Made by a program: the position numbers and the translations under genes. The notes under the pieces are model-generated. The model made no database searches, was not told the DNA's origin, and saw only the letters and a list, made by a program, of their open reading frames with translations. 64,000 nt of DNA from Mytilus edulis. Its lineage: Eukaryota. The stretch covers positions 6,882,001-6,946,000 of the forward strand of contig NC_092346.1 in the NCBI RefSeq assembly GCF_963676685.1. Direction: 5' to 3'. Each line of letters begins with the position of its first letter. Position 1 is the first letter of the stretch. Below are positions 42,347-52,407 of the stretch, one piece after another.

Positions 42347-45019
42347 TTAAAATGTTTTGCGCTTTGGTAGCGAAGTGTTATCAATCACAAAGTTCCTGTC
42401 TCTCTGGTTACTGACATTTCCTCGTTTGGGTGCCAAAGCTTGAGCTCCAACCGCTCTCATGGAGGTCATCATATGACGAACATCATTCACTGTAGGGTTG
42501 TTATTGTCCCCAACCCTGTGTCGGTAGTGTCCAAAATGTTGCTCCAAGGGATCTTGGTTAAAGTGATGTGTGAGGACAAACTTTGCGCCAGATTCTAATA
42601 GAAATTTAACACAGTCTACAATTGAAAACACACTGATTTTAAAACCTGTCAATGTTTGATGACTCAATTGCATTCCTTTGCGTTGTTTCCTTGAAAAATT
42701 ACCAGCTCTTTGCATCACTGATTGTTCCCAGGAATCAAAGTACTTAATAAAGTCTACTCTCAACCACTGTAATCTTTCATCATTGACTGTTGTGTATGGA
42801 TCAAGGTCAGGATTTCTCTTATTTCTACCTTCATATAAGTTTCTTACATTCAAACAATCAAAAAATTTGTTCATAATTCTGATGAAATTAACTGTCTCGG
42901 TTACATTATCTCCATACATCATTTCAAGGGCATTCGCTACTGTGGAGCTCAAAACTTGTGCTGCAATGTTGACTTTCATGCAACCGTAGGTTGTCATGTC
43001 AAGGTGACTTCTTGTCAATTTAGGACACGGACTGTACAGTGATAGTTCACAATGGTCTTCAAACAATTTCAACAGATGCATCCACGAAATATCTTTTCCA
43101 TCTTTCCACATTTTTCTGGTGTTTTTGTGGGAATATGAATTGCTGAAACAGTTTCTAGTTGTTTTCACAAGATGGGGAACATCTGAGATGAAATAAAGTT
43201 TTCTTTCGTCATCGGCATAAGGATTGGTTGTGTAATGAATAAATTCATTCACCTGTCCATGAATGTTGAAGAACTTCCTATTTGCAGATGCGCCATCACA
43301 AGTCAGAAAGAGTACTTTAAGTTGAGCAAAGCCGGTCTCTAAAATGCGAATAGCCTTCCAAATAATAGGATAAAGATAATCAGCAGTAATACTTAAGGTA
43401 GCAAAGCCTGCTAAAGGGAATTTCAAGTCTGTTGCAACACCTCTCACCATTAACACAAGCATGTATTTGGCAATGTCTGCATCTGTTTCTGTAGAACTTG
43501 TATCTTTCATACTTCTTTCAAAGTTCATTATCTGGTTTCCGACCTTATCTAGATTGCAATAACCAATTAGTTCGCCACTATGTTTATCATACACCAAGTC
43601 TGATTTAACCTTGATTTCGTCGAACAAAAGTCCTACATAATTCTTCCAAGGATCAACTGTACTGTACATATCTCTTTTCGAAGCCTCACTTTTCAGTTCT
43701 TTCACTACATCTGGCAAAAAACCATTGTCACTTTTAGTATAATGCGAATAATCGAATAATGTCCTTGAACTTGGAAGAGTAATGAAACCCGAATCTCTTA
43801 AAGCCTCGTAGGCAGCACTTGATTTGTGACGCAAGTACAGACACCATCTTAGTATCATTGGGTGCCATCGCATACCCTTCAATGACTTCACATTCGTGCT
43901 CTTTTGTTGTTCTGACCAGACAAGGCGTTGATAAGAATTGGCATCAGGAAAGGCTTTCATTATTTCAGTTGTACATGCTGCCATTGTATCTTGCATTTCA
44001 AGTGTCTGACTGAAGTCTAATGTTACACCTTTACTGCTAACCTCACGTTGAAACTTCCGTTGAGTTTTGTCAATTTCACTCTGTAGGGTTGTTATTCTGT
44101 CTTTCTGCTGGTGAATTTTTGTAATTAGTTCAGTACGGGACATCTTGGTATGTCCTATAGTGCTGTGTAAATAGTTTGGTATGTTTTCCTTACTTTTTCT
44201 CTCTTTTTCTTCTCGTCTGTGTTTTCTACTTATCAGCACTCTTCTTAATTGTGTACAGGGTGAACATCTGTTTCCCTGCACAAGTAGTAAACAGTTCATG
44301 CTTCTTACAGTTGATGAATAGGAAATGGTACCTTTCACTGCTTCAAAGTCACCTTCTCGAAAACCTTGGCTACTTGCAGAACCTTCTGCGCTCTCGACAG
44401 ATGTGCCCACTGGTATAAAAGACATTAAATCTGCCTCGAAATTTCCTGTACACACAGAATAACTTTGTAATTTCATAAGTAATGTTTGGATGTGTTTAAC
44501 ACTGTCAAAAATTCTTGGTAAACCGATCCATAGGTCATGGTCTTAGCTGAGCTGGATTCTGTGTACAAATACTTTGGCAAAAAAATCTCTATTTATCATC
44601 ACATTTAATTTAACAGATATTCTTTCAGCGGACGGATATAAAAGCATTATCTTGATTGAATCACTGGTTGTATCTAAAACATATGGTGAACTGATGCAAC
44701 CACTCTGGACAACATCTTGCTTAAGTTTATCGAATGGGTCTGTATATGATGATGTCACACATTCGGTTTCCTCTATCATGTCTATAGCTACTTCTTCTTG
44801 ATAGGAGGTACATTCTATGTCCTCTACAGGCTCAGCAGTGTACAAAGTAAAGTCAGGGTCAATCCTTTCTCCACGCACTTCTACTTCTTCTTTTAGACAT
44901 AATTGCACTATGTCCTCGTTTGGCATACTATAAGAATGGTCATTGTGCAAGTCAGTAGATTGGACTTTTTTACGCTTTCTCTGTGAAGGAACATCCCTCC
45001 TTTTCCTTAACTTTGGCAT
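42347..45019 (-). CDS. P-element/THAP9-like DDE transposase, about 890 codons, with one in-frame TAA at 44545-44543 (probably disabled)
   Basis: ORFs 44543-45079 and 42347-44476 share a frame (…HRIQLS*DHDLWIGLPRIFD…MKLQ). Motifs: RWHPMILRWCLYL..KSSAAYEALR..LPSSRTL, LLFDEIKV (D), TCDGASANR (D), DVPHLVKTTRN (GTP-binding insertion), FNQDPLEQHFG (E). Acceptor ttaatttgcag|A precedes ATG at 45019. Confidence 0.88.
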
Positions 45020-45847
45020 TCTGCAAATTAATAAAAACAGAATTGTTAGTCTAATTTTCACAGCCAATTGGGTTGGCATATATATAGCATGTAAAGTTAT
45101 GGTTAAAAAGGTTAATATTGATTTTATTTTTAAACCTAACTAATTTGCCTAATGAGGTTTCCCTTAGTTAGGGTGTTCTTTTTACATTTAGTCTTGAGCA
45201 ATATTCTGACTTCAACAATGAAAATTTAAGAAAATCTTAAGTTGTTGTTTGTTTATCATGTTTATGGGTTAAATAATTGTTTTTCGTTATTTAATATTTA
45301 AGGCCGTTAGATTTTTGTTTGAATTGTTTTACATTGTCATTTCGGGGCCTTTTATAGCTGACTATGTGGTATGGGCTTTGCTCATTAGTGAAGAACGTAC
45401 GGTTACCTATAGTTGTTAATTTATGTGTCATTTTGGTCTCTTGTGGAGAGTTGTTTCTTTGGCAAACATACCACATCTTCTTTTTTTATATTTAGGGTAG
45501 GTTAGGCTATTATTATAGAGACTAAAAAGTAGGGTTGGCAGGGTAATTGGAACCACACATGATTTTTTTTATTTGGCCCTTAAGTTCTACACATGTCAAT
45601 TATGTTGTTTGCCTAAAAAAATACTGACCTACCAACCCAACCCTGTCAGGCCTGTAAGGCATAGGTAGGCAACAACTAACATTTTTTTTCTGAAGGTCAA
45701 CTTTCAAAATTAACAATAAAGAAACATATAACTACATCCTTAATGAAGGGGGATAGGACTTTTATCTTTTTAAACTGTGGATTGACCCTTTCAGGATGTC
45801 AGAATTTGTTTTTTAAATGCTGGCCCTCAAGATTTAGTGTTTTTAAG

Positions 45848-45998
45848 CATAGGCGTATCCCGGGCCCCCCCTTTCGTGGGAAAAATTTGGTTGATTATAT
45901 AGGGAATCATTGAAGCATGACTGGAGCCCCCCCCCCCCCCCCCCCACTTAAGTCAGTCAGCGGGCCCCCCCTTAGGAAAAGTTTTGGATCCGCCACTG
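45848..45998. mobile_element. 151-bp GC-rich MITE nested in the P element
   Basis: CATAGGCGTATCC...GGATCCGCCACTG; 5-bp TSD TTAAG; related partial copy at about 63010-63128. Confidence 0.65.
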
Positions 45999-48900
45999 TT
46001 AAGCCCAGGATTTCTGGATCAGGACCCCTCCTACCCCCCACCTTTTGTTTTTAGATTAAAAGTGCAAACCCTAGCACACTTACATATTACATTATTACAT
46101 TGTATGGTTGTTTGACCTAATAATAATTTAAAATTCTTATTCAGCTTCATGACTTTTATGCCTATTTGGTCAAATTCTCATGCATTACAATTAGAATTTC
46201 ATGTAATCTGATAATTTCTTTTATTCTTTACCGGGTTCATTAATGAATTTCAGTGTAATATTACCTCCTTCTTTTATCATGTATGACTATTCTTTATAAT
46301 TTGGCACCCCATTGTTTCCTATTTTACCCAAGCATAACTTTGATCACTAATTATTATTTCAATTCTCAAATTTATTAACCCCATTTAGACCCTCTTTTGT
46401 AATAGGGGAAAACAAAGGTGGTAATACCCCTATATGTACAGCATAATACCATCTGTTGCTTTATTAATACACAGGGTATTATTCAAAAGATACATGGAAA
46501 TCCTGGGTACAGATAAAGTGTCTCAGGTAAATTGTAAGGCACATGTGCCTCAGGAACATAACATGTGTTTGACAAATTTCTTATTTGATTTTACTGTGGA
46601 CAAGATACACTAATCCATATAAACTTAAAAAAAAGGATAAAAAAAATGTAACAACCAGACATGCTAAATGAACTTAATATTAATACAAATATAAATGACA
46701 CTTTTCAATGCATTTACAAAAACTAGTCTCGTAACCTCAGTTCTATCAGGAGCAGATCCAGCTATTTTTAAAAGGGGGTTACAACTTGAGTCCCATGTCT
46801 TGATCAGTCCAAAAGAGGTCAATGTCTATATAGAAATGACTCCTTTATTTATGAAGTAAACTGCTGTTTTTTACATATGCACAATGATATATACATGAGT
46901 AACATGATATGTGAGATTTGGGCTTCAGAATTAAGAATTACTTCTGGTAGGCTTGTTTAAACTATATCATGATCAATACCTTGTCTTGTCATATAGTGGT
47001 AATACAAAACTTTTAAAGTTTTGCCATGTTCCATGGGTAATTGAAAACTTCATGGAATAACTTACAATGCATGAATCCATGATGCAGTAATTTATACATC
47101 TATATGGGTTGACAATTATTTACTGACAATTTGACAAATAGCACATTTAAAAAGATTGCTAGAAAAATATTTCATCTTTCTTTTTCCTCATGCTAACAGA
47201 CATGACAGAGCATAATATTAAAGTATAAATTCTATATACATGTACGCCCGGAATATATACTGAGTGTGTCCATCTTAAAATAATAGCTTAGTTGAGTACT
47301 AAAACCACTAATTATTATAGTATTTATATTGATAAATAAAGATTTCAGTCACAACTTCAGGATGTTAGATAAGTATACAGTACATCCAAAAAGGAGCAGT
47401 TCCTGTCTTTTATGTTGTTAACTTTTTATCCATAAGTGGATTGTTTTGTCATGATGGGATATTTTTCTTTGCCGATTTCAAAGGTAAAATTGAGAATGGA
47501 AATGGGGAATGTGCCAAAGAGACAACAACCGGACCATAGAAAAAAACAACAGCAGAAGGTCACCAACAGGTCTTCAATGTAGCGAAAAATTCCCGCACCC
47601 AGAGGCGTCCTTCTACTGGCCCCTAAACAAATATATACTAGTTCAGTGATAATGAACGCCAATCTAATTTCCACATTGTACCCAAGAAACTAAAATTAAA
47701 ATAATGCAAGACTAACAAAGGCCAGAGGCTCCTGACTTTGGACAGGCGCAAAAATGCGGCGGGGTTAAACACGTTTGTGAGATCTCAACCCTCCCCCTAT
47801 ACCTCTAGCCAATGTAGAAAAGTAAACGCATAACAATACGCACATTAAAATTCAGTTATATACATAAAAATTGTCTTGTCTCTTATTCATACACTGGACT
47901 GAACACAAAAAAAAAAACCATTGACCATTGAATCATGAAAATGAGGTTAAGATCAGATGAATATAAATTCCATGTGTTAAGTAGTCGGTGTACTGTACTT
48001 AAGCATAATAGTAAGAAAGGAAAATATTTACCTGGCTATTATCTACACAAACTTTTTCTATCTTCAGAGGGCTGTATATACTACGTAGGCTCAAGAAATC
48101 TTGAAATATGAAATCTGAAATTGAAATATGCAATTACTTCATGTACTTAATGGAAATGTTACAGAAAACAGTTTTTGTTTGAACCTGTCCTAAGTCAGGA
48201 ATATGATGTACAAGTGTACAGTAGTTGTCGTTTGTTTATGTAATTTATATGTGTTTCTCGTTTTTCATATAGATAAGACCGTTGGTTTCCCCGTTTGAAT
48301 GGTTTTAAACTTGTAATTTACACATTTGGTTATCCCAAAGTAGTTTCTAAATTTATTCAGACAATTAAAGTTATAACTGTAAACTTGTAAACAGATGGAT
48401 CAACTTACATACATACATGCAAACTCTTAACATATACAAAAACATGTACATACTGAACACGTAAATCAAAACATAGCAATTGAACAGCAACTTGAGACAA
48501 ACTTAAAATTTGCAGACTGTCCTTTCTGTTTTTTACATCAGCTTGTGATTTTGTTTAGTTTTTCACCATAATGAATTTCAGACTTAACGAATGTTTGCCA
48601 GACTAACAAGCCATAAAAGCAGTTTTTCTATGTCTCTTAATTTATTTGGCGGTCCAAGGATCTGTATAGCGAGAAAAATCCTTGGTTCGTTAGATTTTTT
48701 TAAGATGAATATTTTAGACTAGGTTTAAGTCGTAGCACTAGCTTGTTCTGGTAGAAAATTGAAGATTGTGATGTTCGGATGAACGTGCATTTTCCAATTA
48801 TTCAATAATGGTATAGAGGCATTTTCCAATTATTCAATGAAGGAATAAAGGGGGGGGTGTTCAAATGCCAGCTGCGCTTCAGCACAAACATGTGCACCTT

Positions 48901-49066
48901 TCTTTTATCATTTCAACACTGGATTATACCTTCAGCTTGTTGTAGTCTCTTTCTGATTAATATTTTTATTTATATACATGTTCTTGAATAATTTTATTTA
49001 GAGTTGGACCAAGGATTTGTATAAAATGTCGTATAAAATGTAAATAACAACAGACAAAACATGAGC

Positions 49067-49217
49067 CAGTGGCGGATCCAGGGAGAGGGTTCCGAGGGTT
49101 GGATTCCCCCATTTCTTTGGACGATCAATGCATTTGAATGGGGACATATAGTTGGAACCCCCCCCCCCCTGTCCCGGGTTAGGAACCCCCTTTTTTAAAT
49201 GGCTGGATTCGCCACTG
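49067..49217. mobile_element. 151-bp GC-rich MITE nested in the P element
   Basis: TIR CAGTGGCGGATCCA/TGGATTCGCCACTG; 5-bp TSD TGAGC. Confidence 0.7.
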
Positions 49218-50295
49218 TGAGCGGTCTCTGATTTCAGAGTTCTTTTACGGACATTCTGATTCACCCATCTCCTACTAGTAAGTAAGTCAGTAAGTAATGA
49301 CTTTATTTAAAAAGGGTGACTCAATTAGCTTTCGCTTATCTACCTTGAGGCCCTCACAAAGAACAAACAGTACAAATATTACGAAGCTTTCTAACATATT
49401 ATGATACTCCTGAAACCTTTGTAACAGATCATTAATAATATAATTCTAGTAGGAAGAAATTCTCACCATAGTTATAGTAAACACAAAAAGAAGCAATATG
49501 AAAAAGGGTAATTATGTCATAATATGACTGCTTACAAGTGCTTCTCTCCGACCTCTAGGGGACATACATTTGTACATGTATGCACAATAGGCCGTTTTAA
49601 AAGATATAATTCTGTTGAGAAATACAGTACCTTTGTTGTTAACATCCAATTTAACACAGAAGCAAGTATAGATGTAAACATTTCCATCACGTTTTCTCAG
49701 AAAATTCGAGATCAAGGAAGTTAATTTATGTTAATTTGATCCCGCCCATAATGACAACATTTGGATGCATCTGGTGACCGTAGTGGTATTTTAAAACGAT
49801 GATAATAGCACACGTTATCAATTTACAAGCACTTTTTTTTTTAAAGAACACCAAACAAACTATACTTAAATGAAATAATTACGTTTCATAGCTGAAATCG
49901 ACAAAATGAGATACTTTATTGATTTTATCTAAGCCCATCCTACTTTGCACTGACGCGGAGCCATTTTGGACAGGTCGGCCTGAAACATTCATCAAAATAG
50001 CAACAACCAAAGCACCTTTCACCATATTATTTGAACTGTTCACGTATCAAACACATTTATTTCATATTATTAAAGTTTTTTCACATAATTCCTCATTTTG
50101 AAGGAGGAGATTGAACTCAAAGATGGGGTTTGGACAGCCTTTTTGGGCGGGATTATGGCGATGATCAGGAGAAAATATGCATAGTCAATTTAGCTGTAAA
50201 TAATGCGTATTGTAACGATGTTAATTGATTTCTTAATCTGAACTGACATAATATTACATATAAAAGTATCATTATCATGCAAATATATATATTAT

Positions 50296-50430
50296 ACTTA
50301 CAATAGGCTGACTTTAATCTTGATGCGACACGAATTTAACTGTTAATGGATGACATAAAACGACAAACGAGATGCATCACGGTTAATCTCGTCAAAATCT
50401 CGTATACGCAGCTTTTTATATACAGCCAAT
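50296..50430 (-). promoter_or_regulatory. Candidate transposase promoter and first non-coding exon just inside the right TIR
   Basis: Minus strand reads ATTGG, then TATATAAAAAG (about 50422-50411), then donor GTAAGT at 50301-50296. Confidence 0.4.
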
Positions 50431-52407
50431 GCAAACTGCTCGCGAGATTCCAATCCTTCTCACTATACAAATCCTTGATCTGAAGTACTTGCAGTTACTT
50501 AATGCTAGTTCAAATCCAATAACATCTTATACAAAACAAATGTTTCTAAGACAAATAAATCAATCAGTATACCACCAAAATCTTTACAAGGCATACATGT
50601 ACATGTCCTTTAGACAACCTTCTCATAACCTTTACCTCAGTTCAAAGATCAGTAATCCACATAAGTTTTGTTGATAAGCTCTGATACTTAGACAAAAAAA
50701 AATGAACCAGTCAATATTGATTTTGTATGTAATAATAATATAGTAATACAACAACGATATTTGATTTTGAATCAATAAGAAATATGTAAGTTGTTAGTTA
50801 TATTGATATCTTAGTTCTGATGAAGGAAAATTCAGAACAGCCGTATAATGGTATGACCATGTTTTTCTTCGTTGTCGTCAGAAGCCATTTAGCTTCCTGA
50901 CAATATCTGAAGTCTAAAAGTGTAAGGATTTTTGAGGAATTGTACCACAAGCTTTCATACTACAAATAAAGATTGGTATTGATTTTGGGGTTTATGCCCT
51001 GGCTGTGTTGGAAAATAGGGACAAACAGGGTGAAGAAAGCATTCATCTTGTTTCAGAGCAGTTACTTGAGTATAACTTATGTATTCAAATCTATAAAACT
51101 GTACCACAATGTTCCATTCCAAAATGGACGTGTGGGATTGACTTTTGTGGGAAATGTCCTAACCGTCTAGGGTGTATGGTTACGGGTACCTATTTCAATG
51201 TGATTTAATTCAAAGTCTTGAATTTTTGGTGTTCTTCAATATGGCGAATCTAGCTGTATTTAGATTGTTGTTGTGGCCCCATTTAAAAAAATGGTCAAAC
51301 TTGAGGTCGAATGGGTTCAAAATTAAACTTTGCTGGATTTGATAAAAAATGGAATTATTGGAGTTCTTTGGATGTGCTGATTCTTACCGTGCTAAGATTT
51401 TTTTTATCTTGTCTGTGAAGAAAATCAAGATAATCAACATAGGTATTGCTTTTCTTGAAACGACAACAGGGTAAAAAGTTGTTAAGTTTTCTGCTAAAGT
51501 TGGTTTGATAGGAACCAGTTACAATAGGCAACCATATTTTCTATGAAGTTAACATTAAGATCAGAAAGTCCAAAATTGATTTCACAAAAATTGAAATCTT
51601 GGTTTTTTTTCGTATGCTGAAAAATAAGCATGTATTTATCTTTTTTGATATTGGCCCAGTTTTCGAATTGGTACAAATCGGTGTCTAAAATTAAACTTAG
51701 TTTGATTTCAACACAAAAATTAAAAGTATGGGAATCTTTGATATGCTGAATTTAATAACTTCTATGTTGGATTTTGGGCCCTGTTATCAAATTGTTGCAC
51801 ATTGAGATCCAAGCTGAAACTTTGTTTGATTTCATAAAATATAGATTTTTTTTTTGTGTGATATGCTGAATCTAACCATGCTAACCATATATTTAGATAT
51901 TGCCATTATTGGACAATAATAGGTTAATATCCTATTTCAAATATTTTAGTTCTTCGACCATATTCATTCTGTGTCAGAAACATATATATATATATATATG
52001 CTGCATCAAATATACTCACTATCCTAATTCAGAGCTGTATCTAGCTTGAATGTTGTGTCCATACTTGCCCCAACTGTTCAGGATTAAACATCTGTGGTCG
52101 TATCAAGCTGTGTCATGAGAAGCATTTATTTAAACCTATTACAAATATATTGTCACTGTTCGGTCTATGAGAAAACTGATGCATACTAAATGCATATTAC
52201 AAACATTCCAAGAAGAAATTTGAAAAGAAATAAAAACTAATTGACAACAATATATTCCAAGAATAAAAATGAGATTTGTGAATTTCAACATAGTGCACCA
52301 TTGATAATGACAGATATGTTAAACCCTTAAAAGTGTAGACCAATCAGTTATATTGATCAATTAATCGTTTATTTATTTTTATTTATATTCCAAAATTCGT
52401 CTTTCAG

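Larger units (their letters stand above)
38674..50477 (-). mobile_element. Full-length P-superfamily DNA transposon (11,804 bp) in intron 3
   Basis: Perfect 37-bp TIRs CAAGGATTTGTATAGTGAGAAGGATTGGAATCTCGCG (38674-38710 and 50441-50477); 7-bp TSD ATCTGAA (38667-38673 and 50478-50484); CA...TG ends; encodes a P-type transposase. Confidence 0.93.

Noticed and set aside
42678-45143. Plus-strand short ORFs over the transposase
   Set aside because: Antisense shadows with no motifs
49930-50030. Minus-strand MAPRQCK as a possible THAP start exon
   Set aside because: No second Cys and no downstream THAP motifs; the frame closes quickly
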